From Chthoniobacteraceae bacterium (GTDB taxonomy: Bacteria; Verrucomicrobiota; Verrucomicrobiia; Chthoniobacterales; Chthoniobacteraceae), in assembly GCA_040081625.1 (NCBI GenBank), contig JBEBGD010000001.1, positions 64,001 through 128,000 of the forward strand: DNA of 64,000 nt, given 5' to 3'. The notes beneath the pieces are model-generated. The model made no database searches, was not told where the DNA came from, and saw nothing but the letters and a program-made list of their open reading frames with translations. Shown here one piece after another: positions 28,118 to 37,347 of this stretch (positions within the stretch are counted from its first letter, which is position 1; each line of letters begins with the position of its first letter). Both the position numbers and the translations under genes were made by a program.

Positions 28118-31100
28118 ATGAATGACGAACAATTGCCGCCCAAACTTGGCGACCCGCTGCCCACCATCATCCGGGGCTTGAACCCGGAGGAGCTCTTTGC
28201 CCGTGGGATGCAGACCGTAAAGATGAGCAGCGCGGGCAGCCCCGGCGGATGGAAGCCGCCCCGCCTCGATGAGATGGCGCGCCTATTTCCCGAATACGAA
28301 GTGCTCGCACTTCTCGGCCATGGCGGCATGGGCGCGGTCTATAAGGCGCGCCAGCTTTCGCTCGATCGCGTCGTGGCGATCAAGCTCCTGCCGCTGCAAG
28401 TCTCGCGCGATCGGGAGTTCGTCGAGCGGTTCAAGCGCGAGGCACAGACGATGGCGCGGCTGCACCACCCGAACCTCGTCGGGCTCTATGGTTTCGGCGA
28501 GACGCCGGAGGGGCATCTCTTCCTCGTCATGGAGTATGTCGAGGGCGCGACGCTGCACGATCTCGCTCACACGGCCGGCGCGCTCACGCCGGCGCGGGTG
28601 GTGCGCATCGTCGGGCAGGTGTGCGAAGGGCTCGCGTGCGCGCATCGCGAAGGCGTGGTGCATCGCGACATCAAGCCGGCAAACATCCTCGTGGATATCA
28701 ACGGCGCGGTGAAGATCGCCGACTTCGGCCTCGCGCGCTCGACCAAGGTAAATTCCGGCCAGACCATCACGATCAAGGGCATGACCGTCGGCACGCCCGA
28801 CTACATGTCGCCCGAGCAGCGGCGCGGCCATCACGTCGATCAACACACCGACATCTATGCGCTCGGCGTCGTGCTCTACGAGGCGCTCACGGGAGAAATC
28901 CCGCGCGGCGTTTTCCAGCCCGCGTCGCAGCGCAAGGGACTCGACAGGCGCATCGACGCGGTGATCGAGCGCGCGATGCATCAGGACCCGGCGAAGCGTT
29001 TCCAGAGCACGAAGGAAATGAAAGTCGCGCTCGAAACGGTGCCGCTCGATGGCGCCGCGCCCACGCAGGCCCGCCCGGTTCTCGAACCGGCGCACGCGTC
29101 GTCGCCCGCGAGTCCTTCCACGGGGAAGAAGAGCCGCGCTGTGATATGGGCCGCTGTCGGCGGATCGGCAGTGGTCGTCGCACTGCTCGGCTACGCGCTC
29201 TCTCAGCCCGCGAAATCGGTGCGTCCCGTTGCGCCGCACTACGAACCGACGCCGATGGCGATGCCGGTCGTGAAGGCGGCGACGCCCGTCGCGCTTGCGG
29301 CAGCGAAGCCTTCGCCGAAGCCGGCCGCGAGCGCGGCGCCGAAAAAGGAGGACGCGGCGGTGGCGTTCGGTGGCTCGCGCTACCAGCTCATCCGCTCGCA
29401 AGCCTCATGGATGCAGGCGAAGACGGAAGCGGAGTTCAAGGGCGGGCATCTCGCGGCGATCACTACGAAGGAGGAAGCCGCGTGGGTGCGCGAGACCTTC
29501 GGGCCTGAACTGCCGCGAAAATGGGCGCGCATCTGGATCGGCGCGTATCAGGCAGATCGCGACGACACGTGGCATTGGGTCACCGACGAACCATTCGAGT
29601 TCGCCGACTGGTGCCCCGGGCAGCCCGATGCCGCGAAGAGCTCCAGCACGCCTCCTTTCTTTGCGGCACTTTCGACGTCGCTCGGCGATGGCGGATCGAA
29701 TGGATGGGACGACAGCGCTTCGACCGGCGGGGTGTCCGTGATCGGCTATCTCGTCGAGTGGGATGAACCGAAGGCTGCACCGCCGGCCGCGCCGGTCGCG
29801 ATGGCCACGCTGCCGCCCGCTCCGACGCCGGCGCCCACCACACCCGCGCCTGCCGCGAGCGAAGGCGAGCAGCGACTCGCCGCGCTCAAGGCACAATACG
29901 ATGCCGCCTATGCGCGGGAGATCGGCACGACCTTCGACGCCGCACGCGACGAGTTGCGTGCGGGTTATCAGTCCGCGATCGACCGCGAGATCGCGAAGGC
30001 TGTGCAGGGTGGAAAGTTCGCCGACGCCTCGGTGCTGCGCGACGAGCGAGTTCGGGCCGGCACGGGCAGGGGACTCGATTCCGACGACGCGGCGCTGCCC
30101 GCCGTGCTCAAGCCTCTGCGAGTCAGCTATCGCGCGAGCCTTGCGAAGCTCGACACCGAGCGCGCGGTGAAGCTCAAGCCCGTGCGCGATGGTTACCTGA
30201 GGCTGCTCGACACGGCGCACGCCGAGTTCACCAAGGCGCAGAAGCCCGGGTTCGCGCTCCTGGTCAAACAGCGCCGCGACGCGCTCACAAGCGAGTGGAA
30301 TGCGGAGTTGAAAGCCGCCGCTCCCGTAGTCGCGGAGACGAGAGCGCCGCTGATCGACCCGTCCGCCGGCAGCAGTTGGCGCAAGGCTGCGCTGCTCGCG
30401 CTGCGCTTCGGTGGCAGGCTCGACATCCGCGTCGATAACAAGCGCGAGGCGATCACGATCGAGGCGGAGCTTCCCTCGAAACGGTTCGACGTGATGAAGA
30501 TCGAGCTGGCCGACGTGAAGAAGAACGAGAAGCTCACCGACGCCGACCTCGAGGTGCTGGCGACGTGCAGGGAACTCGAGAGCTTGCGGATCGAGCGCGC
30601 GCCGATCACGAGCAACGGCCTCGAAGCTCTGCGCGGACTGCCTGCGCTGAAGTCGTTGCGAATCGCGTCCTGCGAGGGCGTGAATGATCAGTTCATGACG
30701 GTCGTCGCCACGCTTACCGCGCTCATGGTTGCGGAGTTTCAGGACATCCCGATCACGAGGGAAGGCATCAAGCAGCTCACGCGTTGCACGAAGCTGCACC
30801 GCGTCAGCCTGCAAGGTCGTGGCGTCTCCGCTGGCGCCATCGCGCAGCTTGCGCAGCTCCCGATCGAAGATCTTGCGCTGAATGGCCTCGCCGAGGCGTC
30901 AGCCCTCGACCTCAGCGGATTCAAGCGGCTCAGGAACCTTTCGGTCAACTCGATGAAGGACGGGAAGGCGCGGCTAATCGACGAGGTGATCAAGCTCAAG
31001 GGGCTTGAGTTTCTGCGATTGAGCGGCTGCGCCATCGACGACGCCGATCTCGGCCGGCTCGGCGGCCTTGGCGGAGTGAAGACGATCGAGTTTGAAGGCA

Positions 31101-31540
31101 ATGCGATCAAGGGTCCGGGCCTCGCAAGTCTGCGCGCTTGCCGGTCGCTCACGAAGCTGCGGCTGCACAATTGCGGCGTCACCGATGGCGCGCTCGACGT
31201 GATCGGTCGCGATCTTGCCAGCCTCCAGATCTTGTCCGTTTCCGGCGCGGCTACGGTGCAGCCCGCCGCCTTCCGAAGCCTCATCAAGCTGCGCGGGCTC
31301 AAGGAAATCTCCGTCTCCGATGGCGTCGGCAACGATGATATCGCGAGCCAACTCGCGGCGATGCCCGCGCTCGAGTCGATCAACTTCAACCAGTGCCCGC
31401 TGCTGAGCGACGCGGGCCTCGACGCGTTCATGCGGCTCAAGACGTTGAAGAAACTGACGGTGAAGAATTGCACCAAGCTCACGGACGCGGCGATGGAGGC
31501 ATTTCGAAAAGCGCGCCCCGGCGTGACGCTGGAGCACTAA
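28118..31540 (+). CDS. Membrane-anchored Ser/Thr protein kinase with C-type lectin domain and leucine-rich repeats
   Basis: GHGGMG.VY, VAIK, HRDIKPANIL, DFGLAR, GTPDYMSPEQ; TM helix; lectin motifs (GGHLA.IT..EE, WIG, W.PGQPD); C-terminal LRRs; GGAGG RBS at 28106-28110. Confidence 0.9.
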   Translation: MNDEQLPPKLGDPLPTIIRGLNPEELFARGMQTVKMSSAGSPGGWKPPRLDEMARLFPEYEVLALLGHGGMGAVYKARQLSLDRVVAIKLLPLQVSRDREFVERFKREAQTMARLHHPNLVGLYGFGETPEGHLFLVMEYVEGATLHDLAHTAGALTPARVVRIVGQVCEGLACAHREGVVHRDIKPANILVDINGAVKIADFGLARSTKVNSGQTITIKGMTVGTPDYMSPEQRRGHHVDQHTDIYALGVVLYEALTGEIPRGVFQPASQRKGLDRRIDAVIERAMHQDPAKRFQSTKEMKVALETVPLDGAAPTQARPVLEPAHASSPASPSTGKKSRAVIWAAVGGSAVVVALLGYALSQPAKSVRPVAPHYEPTPMAMPVVKAATPVALAAAKPSPKPAASAAPKKEDAAVAFGGSRYQLIRSQASWMQAKTEAEFKGGHLAAITTKEEAAWVRETFGPELPRKWARIWIGAYQADRDDTWHWVTDEPFEFADWCPGQPDAAKSSSTPPFFAALSTSLGDGGSNGWDDSASTGGVSVIGYLVEWDEPKAAPPAAPVAMATLPPAPTPAPTTPAPAASEGEQRLAALKAQYDAAYAREIGTTFDAARDELRAGYQSAIDREIAKAVQGGKFADASVLRDERVRAGTGRGLDSDDAALPAVLKPLRVSYRASLAKLDTERAVKLKPVRDGYLRLLDTAHAEFTKAQKPGFALLVKQRRDALTSEWNAELKAAAPVVAETRAPLIDPSAGSSWRKAALLALRFGGRLDIRVDNKREAITIEAELPSKRFDVMKIELADVKKNEKLTDADLEVLATCRELESLRIERAPITSNGLEALRGLPALKSLRIASCEGVNDQFMTVVATLTALMVAEFQDIPITREGIKQLTRCTKLHRVSLQGRGVSAGAIAQLAQLPIEDLALNGLAEASALDLSGFKRLRNLSVNSMKDGKARLIDEVIKLKGLEFLRLSGCAIDDADLGRLGGLGGVKTIEFEGNAIKGPGLASLRACRSLTKLRLHNCGVTDGALDVIGRDLASLQILSVSGAATVQPAAFRSLIKLRGLKEISVSDGVGNDDIASQLAAMPALESINFNQCPLLSDAGLDAFMRLKTLKKLTVKNCTKLTDAAMEAFRKARPGVTLEH

Positions 31541-31605
31541 TCACCGGGAGAGGCGAAGATTTTCCCTTGGCCGAAGCGCCCTGCTTCTGCCACATCACCA
31601 CTCCC

Positions 31606-32430
31606 ATGCACCTCCGCACACTTCTCCCGCTTGCCCTCGCCATCATGAGCACCACTGCTTTCTCGCAGGAAAAAAAGAAGCCCGCGCCTTCGCTCGGTTA
31701 CAAGGACACGCCGCTCATCCCCGGCACGAAGTGGCACGTCCACGACAGCGACCGCCCGCAGCCGGAGATCATCACGCCTGGGAAAAAAGTCGGCGACGCG
31801 CCGAGCGATGCGGTCGTGCTCTTCGACGGAAAGGATCTCTCGAAGTGGACGAGCAGCAAGCGCGACGGATCGAGCCCCGAGGCCGCGAAGTGGGTCGTGA
31901 AGGAAGGCTTTTTCGAGTGTGCGCCGAAGACGGGTTATTTGTTCACGAAGGACAGCTTCGGTCCGGACATGCAGCTTCACATCGAGTTCGCGACGCCGAC
32001 GCCGCCGGAGGGCGAGAGTCAGGGCCGCGGCAATAGCGGCGTGTTTTTCCACGGCGGCACCTACGAGATCCAGGTGCTCGATTCCTACAACAACAAGACC
32101 TACCCCGATGGCCAGGCCTCCGGGCTCTACGGCCAGTGGCCGCCGCTCGTGAACGCTAGTCGCCCGGCCGGCGAGTGGCAGACCTACGACATCATCTTCG
32201 AGAGTCCGCGGTGGAAGGACGGCAAGCTCGTCTCGCCCGCCTACGTCACGGTCTTCCACAATGGCGTGCTCACTCAGCCGCACCGCGCGCTCTACGGCGG
32301 AACCACGCACAAGAAGATCAACGAATACAAAGAGCATCCCGAGAAAGGCCCGCTCGCGCTGCAGGACCACGGCAACCCGGTGCGCTATCGCAACGTCTGG
32401 ATCCGCGAGATCAAGCCGCTCGCCGAGTAG
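31606..32430 (+). CDS. DUF1080 / 3-keto-disaccharide hydrolase family protein
   Basis: LFDGKDL..W, GNSGVF, YEIQVLD, WQTYDI, LQDHG.PVRYRN.W. Confidence 0.9.
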   Translation: MHLRTLLPLALAIMSTTAFSQEKKKPAPSLGYKDTPLIPGTKWHVHDSDRPQPEIITPGKKVGDAPSDAVVLFDGKDLSKWTSSKRDGSSPEAAKWVVKEGFFECAPKTGYLFTKDSFGPDMQLHIEFATPTPPEGESQGRGNSGVFFHGGTYEIQVLDSYNNKTYPDGQASGLYGQWPPLVNASRPAGEWQTYDIIFESPRWKDGKLVSPAYVTVFHNGVLTQPHRALYGGTTHKKINEYKEHPEKGPLALQDHGNPVRYRNVWIREIKPLAE

Positions 32431-32453
32431 CGGCGGATTGCGTGGATTCTTGG

Positions 32454-32530
32454 CCACGGATTACACGGATGGGAACATGACGCATCCGCCGCGCTCGTCT
32501 TCATCCGTGGTTTTCGTTCCGTGAAATCCG
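32454..32530. repeat. Palindromic element built from CACGGAT units
   Basis: CCACGGATTACACGGAT (32454-32470) is complementary to ATCCGTGG (32503-32510) and, with one mismatch, to TCCGTGAAATCCG (32518-32530). Confidence 0.7.
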
Positions 32531-34299
32531 AAGTGCCGGAGCCTGGTGCGATCGGCGGTCTGTCCGAGCTGCTGACTTTTGTCCGCCCGTATCGCGGCCG
32601 GTTCATCGCGGCTATGTGCGCTTCGTTCATCTCGATGTCGTTCGGCCTCGCCTTCCCGTGGCTCGTCGGCCGCCTGCTCGACGCGTCGATTCCCTCGCTC
32701 AAATCCGTCCCGGGCAACGTCTGGCTTCCATCCGTGAATGAAGTCGCCGCTGTCCTGCTGGTCACGCTCGCGATCCAGGCCGCGCTCACCTTTTTCTCGT
32801 CCTACTCGTTCAATCGCGTCGGCGAGAGCAGCGTCGTCGCGCTGCGAAAGGCCGTGTATGCGCGGCTCGTCTCGTTGCCGATGAAGTTCTTCGGCGAGCA
32901 CCGCGTCGGCGAACTCACGAGCCGGCTCTCGAACGACCTCGCGCAGATCCAGGACGTGCTCACCTTCGTCGTCGCCTCGGCCATCCGGCAGACGATGCTG
33001 TGTGGAGGCGGGCTCGTGATGATCGCCGTCACTTCGTGGCGGCTCGCACTCGTGATGGTGTCGTCATTTCCGGTGCTCATCATCGTGGCCGTGGTCGTCG
33101 GGCGCCGCGTCCGCAAGCTCTCGCGCGCCGCGCAGGACCGGCTCGCCGATAGCGCCGTGGTCGTCGAGGAGTCGCTGCAAAACATCGCAACCGTCAAATC
33201 GTTCACGAACGAGCACTACGAGTCCCGCCGCTACGGCGCGACGCTCGATGCCTTTCTCACGATCATCCTTCGCAGCGCGCGTGCTCGTGCCGCCCTCATT
33301 GCGTTCATCATCCTCGGTGTCTTCGGCTCGATCGTGCTCGTGCTCTGGCAAGGGGCGCGGCAGATGCAGGCCGGGCTGATGAGCCACGGCGATCTCACGA
33401 AGTTCATGCTCTACACCGCATTCGTCGGCGGCGCGGTCGGCTCATTCGCCGAGATCATCAGTCAGGTGCAGAAAGCCGTCGGCGCCACGCAACGCGTGCG
33501 CGAGCTGCTCGGCGAGACGCCTGAGGATTCCGGGATTTCGGGAATCCGGGATTCCAGGATTCGCGGTGCCGTCGCCTTCGATCGCGTCAGCTTCCGTTAC
33601 CCCTCGCGTCCCGATCTACCCGTCCTTCGCGAGCTCTCACTCGCCGCGCAGCCCGGCGAAAAGATCGCGCTCGTCGGTTCGAGTGGTGCGGGCAAATCCA
33701 CCGTCGTCTCGCTGCTCCTGCGCTTCTACGAACCCGACGAAGGCAGCCTCTGCCTCGACGGACGACCCGCGACGGAGTTTCCGCTCGATCACGTCCGCGC
33801 GAACCTCGCCGTCGTCGCGCAGGAGGTGTTGCTCTTCGGCGGCACCATCCGCGAGAACATCGCCTACGGACGGCCCGGCGCGAGCGACGCTGAAGTGCGC
33901 GATGCCGCCGCTCGCGCGCACTGCGAGGAATTCATCGCCCGCTTCCCCGAGGGCTACGACACGCTCGTGGGCGAACGCGGCGTGCAGCTCAGCGGCGGCC
34001 AGCGCCAGCGCGTCGCCCTCGCGCGCGCCTTCCTGCGCGATCCCGCGATCCTCGTGCTCGATGAAGCGACCAGTTCGCTCGATGCCGAGAGCGAGCAGCT
34101 CATCCAGCGCGCGCTCGACACGCTGCTCGCCGGCCGCACCGCGATCGTGATCGCGCATCGCCTGGCGACCGTGCGCCGCTGCGACCGCATCTACGTGATC
34201 GAATCCGGCACCGTGGTCGAGAGCGGCACGCACGACGAACTGATCGCGCGGGAAGGCGGCCGCTACCGCCAGCTCGCGGAGATGCAGTTTACGGCGTGA
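32521..34299 (+). CDS. ABC exporter, fused TMD+NBD (MsbA/ABCB-like)
   Basis: Six-TM domain, GSSGAGKST, LSGGQRQR, LDEATSSLD, IAHRL. Confidence 0.92.
   Translation: MKSEVPEPGAIGGLSELLTFVRPYRGRFIAAMCASFISMSFGLAFPWLVGRLLDASIPSLKSVPGNVWLPSVNEVAAVLLVTLAIQAALTFFSSYSFNRVGESSVVALRKAVYARLVSLPMKFFGEHRVGELTSRLSNDLAQIQDVLTFVVASAIRQTMLCGGGLVMIAVTSWRLALVMVSSFPVLIIVAVVVGRRVRKLSRAAQDRLADSAVVVEESLQNIATVKSFTNEHYESRRYGATLDAFLTIILRSARARAALIAFIILGVFGSIVLVLWQGARQMQAGLMSHGDLTKFMLYTAFVGGAVGSFAEIISQVQKAVGATQRVRELLGETPEDSGISGIRDSRIRGAVAFDRVSFRYPSRPDLPVLRELSLAAQPGEKIALVGSSGAGKSTVVSLLLRFYEPDEGSLCLDGRPATEFPLDHVRANLAVVAQEVLLFGGTIRENIAYGRPGASDAEVRDAAARAHCEEFIARFPEGYDTLVGERGVQLSGGQRQRVALARAFLRDPAILVLDEATSSLDAESEQLIQRALDTLLAGRTAIVIAHRLATVRRCDRIYVIESGTVVESGTHDELIAREGGRYRQLAEMQFTA
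33525..33564 (+). repeat. Five tandem degenerate 8-mers (consensus GGATTCCG) inside a CDS
   Basis: ggattccg ggatttcg ggaatccg ggattcca ggattcgc, located in the TMD-NBD linker. Confidence 0.75.
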
Positions 34300-34344
34300 T
34301 CCCGCGCTAAGGCATCACTGCGGCGCGGATTGCCACGGAACCCT

Positions 34345-35517
34345 ATGACCTCCCGCCGCACCTTCCTCCGCAGCAGCCTCGTCACCGCAGCCTTCGCAAG
34401 TGTCGCCCGCGCCGATGCGCCCGGGATCAAGATCCTCGACACACGCGTGATCAGCCAGCAACCGGACCTCTACTGCGGCTGGCCCACGGTCGCGCGGCGC
34501 GCGAATGGCGAGCTGTGGGTGACGTGGAGCGGCGGGCGCGAGGCGCACGTCTGTCCATTCGGTCAAGTCGTGTCCATGACATCGCGCGATGACGGCGCGA
34601 CGTGGACGTATCCACGCGTGCTGCTCGATGGAGCGATTGATGATCGGGACTCCGGCGTGATCGAAACCGCGAAAGGCACGCTGCTCGTGACGACGTTCAC
34701 TTCGCTGGCGTATGAGCCGCTGCTGGCTAAGCAGGAAGGCATGACGGAACTTTCCGCCGACGGCTGGAAGAAGGGGCAGATGAAGCCCGAGCAACTCGCC
34801 CGCTGGAAAGCCGCCCACACGCGGCTGGACGACGCCGAACGCAAGGCCGAGCTCGGACAATGGCTCATCCGCTCGACCGACGGCGGCAAGACTTGGTCCA
34901 CGCGGATCGCCACGATCGCGAACAGCCCGCACGGCCCGATGCAGCTCCGCGACGGACGCCTGCTCTACGCGGGCAAAAAGCTCTGGACCGACGACAAGAA
35001 GATCGGCGTCAGCGAATCGACCGACGACGGGAAGACGTGGCGCTGGCTGGCGGAGATTCCGACGCGGAGCGGCGATCAGGTGCCGACGGGCTATCACGAG
35101 CTTCACGCTGTGGAAGCGGCGGACGGCACGCTCATCGCGCAGATTCGCAATCACAACGACGCGAACAAAGGCGAGACCCTGCAGAGCGAGTCGCGCGACG
35201 GCGGCAAGACGTGGAGCGAGCCGCACTCGATCGGCGTGTGGGGCCTGCCTTCGCATCTGCTGAAGCTGCGCGATGGCCGCTTGCTGATGACCTACGGCCA
35301 CCGGCGCAAGCCCTTCGGCAATCAAGCCCGCCTCAGCATCGACAACGGGAAGACGTGGGGCGAGGCGATGATCATCTCCGGCGACGGCATCGGCGGCGAT
35401 CTCGGCTACCCGAGCACGGTCGAACTCGCCGACGGCACGCTGCTGAGCGTCTGGTATGAGAAGATGGCGGAGCGCCCGTTGGCCGTGCTGCGTCAGGCGC
35501 GCTGGCGGCTGGCCTGA
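34345..35517 (+). CDS. Tat-exported sialidase-family (BNR/Asp-box) protein
   Basis: SRRTFL signal; Asp-boxes SRDDGATW, STDGGKTW, STDDGKTW, SRDGGKTW, SIDNGKTW; DLGYPS. Confidence 0.87.
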   Translation: MTSRRTFLRSSLVTAAFASVARADAPGIKILDTRVISQQPDLYCGWPTVARRANGELWVTWSGGREAHVCPFGQVVSMTSRDDGATWTYPRVLLDGAIDDRDSGVIETAKGTLLVTTFTSLAYEPLLAKQEGMTELSADGWKKGQMKPEQLARWKAAHTRLDDAERKAELGQWLIRSTDGGKTWSTRIATIANSPHGPMQLRDGRLLYAGKKLWTDDKKIGVSESTDDGKTWRWLAEIPTRSGDQVPTGYHELHAVEAADGTLIAQIRNHNDANKGETLQSESRDGGKTWSEPHSIGVWGLPSHLLKLRDGRLLMTYGHRRKPFGNQARLSIDNGKTWGEAMIISGDGIGGDLGYPSTVELADGTLLSVWYEKMAERPLAVLRQARWRLA

Positions 35518-35518
35518 C

Positions 35519-36532
35519 TCAGGGCTGGAACTGCCAGACCTCGTTCGTGCGAACGCGAGGACGAACCTCGCCGTTTGGGATCACGAAGCGCCCGCGCCAT
35601 TCGGCGACGGGCGCTGTCACGCGTGAGAACGGCAGGCCGTCGAGAGTGCTCCAACTATTCGCGGCGGTGTCGTAGGAGAGCGTGTTGCGCGGGAAGCCTG
35701 GATGCCTTTCGACCGGCTCGAACGTCACGTTCGCTCCGTCGTCGCCGCTGAAGATGAGCACGCGCCCGTCCTTTGCCGGCGCGGGAGACGGCGCGGCGAC
35801 GGCAGAGCGGGGGAGGTCGGCGAGCCGTTCCCAGCCATGGCCCGGCGTGAAGCGGTAGGCGTCGCGCAGGAAAGTGCGGACTGGCTTTCCTTCGGAGCTC
35901 GCGTGGAGGGCGGCGCCGCTGAAAAGGTAAAAGATACCGTCGAAGGCTGCGGCAACAGCGAGCATCCGTCCGGCTCCGGGCCACGGATCGAGCGCCTGCC
36001 AGCTTAGCTCCTTCGCGTCGAGGTCGAGCGCCCAGAACGTGCGCAGCGCGCTCGTCGAGGTGGGTGTCTGGATTCCGCCGGCGATGTAGATCGTGCGACC
36101 GAGCAGGGCACCGCACGCATTTGCGCAGGGGAGCGGGAGGTCGGGAAGCGGCGTGCGGACTAGCGTGCCGGCGTTCCAGCGCAGCCGAAAGCCGCTGGAG
36201 TAGAGCTGCGCGGCATCGCTGCCGCCGAAGCAGAGCAGGCTGTCGTCGGCGCTGATCGAGATCCCGTAGCCGAGCGGCCGCTCCAACTTTCCCGCGGTCG
36301 TCCATGCACCATCCGGCTTGGCGAGCACGAAGGCGGAGGCATACCACTTTTTGACAAACGGCTCCTTCCACTTGTCGCCCGCGATATTCGCACCGCCCGC
36401 GACGATCAGCGCGCCACCACTCACGCCTGCGAAAGTGCCGGCGAAGCCTTCCGCATCGGGAATCGGTGGGAGCTGCGACCAGTCGGCTGCGGTGGCGAAG
36501 GTGGACATGGCCACGAGGACGAGCGCGCGCAT
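35519..36532 (-). CDS. Secreted Kelch-repeat protein (N-acetylneuraminate epimerase/NanM-like)
   Basis: AG.FAG, VAGGAN, repeated GG/W Kelch blades, terminal GEVRP.VRT. Start overlaps the RraA stop. Confidence 0.8.
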   Translation of the reverse strand: MRALVLVAMSTFATAADWSQLPPIPDAEGFAGTFAGVSGGALIVAGGANIAGDKWKEPFVKKWYASAFVLAKPDGAWTTAGKLERPLGYGISISADDSLLCFGGSDAAQLYSSGFRLRWNAGTLVRTPLPDLPLPCANACGALLGRTIYIAGGIQTPTSTSALRTFWALDLDAKELSWQALDPWPGAGRMLAVAAAFDGIFYLFSGAALHASSEGKPVRTFLRDAYRFTPGHGWERLADLPRSAVAAPSPAPAKDGRVLIFSGDDGANVTFEPVERHPGFPRNTLSYDTAANSWSTLDGLPFSRVTAPVAEWRGRFVIPNGEVRPRVRTNEVWQFQP

Positions 36533-37281
36533 CACCATTCGCCCGCGCGACCGAACTTTCCGCGCGCCGCGAGCCGGAACTGCCCGACCGTATCGTCGAT
36601 CGCCGCGCAGATTTCGTCGGTGGATTTCCCCGCCACGTCGCGGGCTGCGGGGATGACGGTGTTGCACTCGTTGGCATCCATGAACTTCGCCGCGTCGAGC
36701 AGTCGGGCTTCGTCTTCGGGCGGCACGGCGAGGAAGCCGTGCTTGTCGGCGTGGATGAGCTGACCGGGCTGCACTTTGCGGCCGAAGACTTCGACTTCGC
36801 AGCCCCATCGCGCGGGCGCGGCGAATGCGTGACCAACGCAGAGGCGCCGAGCGAGTGCCTTGAAGCCCGCGTTGCACATCTCGTCGAGATCGCGGATCGC
36901 GCCGTCGGTGATCGTGCCGACGCAGCCAAGCGAGCGATGGATGTTCGCGTTCACTTCGCCCCAGAACGACCCGATCACGCGCGGCTTGTCGAGGTCCTGC
37001 ACGACGATGATCTTCGGTCCCGGCGCGCTCGCGATGTAGCGGCGGTATTCGCTCATCGAGCCCGCGACTTTCGAGTGTGCGGCATTGCTCGGTTCGATCA
37101 CGACGGTGACGGCATATCCGACCATCGGCCCCATCTGCGGCATGAAGTCGCGGGTCTCCTCGATGTTGAAGCCGTCGGCAGCGGCGTTGTGTTTGGTGAT
37201 CTGCTCCCAGCCATTGTAGATCGTGGGAGTGTTCCAGCGCTTGAGTTGAAGAAGGTCGGCGTGCGGGAGGCGTTCGGACAT
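36532..37281 (-). CDS. RraA/HMG-aldolase family protein
   Basis: MVGYAVT, WGEVN, G.ITDGAIRD, V.PG.LIHAD..G. Confidence 0.88.
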   Translation of the reverse strand: MSERLPHADLLQLKRWNTPTIYNGWEQITKHNAAADGFNIEETRDFMPQMGPMVGYAVTVVIEPSNAAHSKVAGSMSEYRRYIASAPGPKIIVVQDLDKPRVIGSFWGEVNANIHRSLGCVGTITDGAIRDLDEMCNAGFKALARRLCVGHAFAAPARWGCEVEVFGRKVQPGQLIHADKHGFLAVPPEDEARLLDAAKFMDANECNTVIPAARDVAGKSTDEICAAIDDTVGQFRLAARGKFGRAGEW

Positions 37282-37347
37282 GACGCGGCGATGTTATCGC
37301 TCGCACCGCATCCGCCAACACGCAAAACTCGGCGAAACACATACCCC

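Noticed and set aside
27656..28329. Apparent 670-bp head-to-head overlap of the kinase and dehydrogenase ORFs in the ORF track
   Set aside because: Artefact of longest-ORF calling. The plausible starts (GTG 27975 before the signal peptide, ATG 28118 after GGAGG) leave a normal divergent intergenic region.
29365..29765. C-type lectin domain as a diversity-generating retroelement target
   Set aside because: No reverse transcriptase and no template/variable repeat pair in the window; the domain is internal rather than C-terminal.
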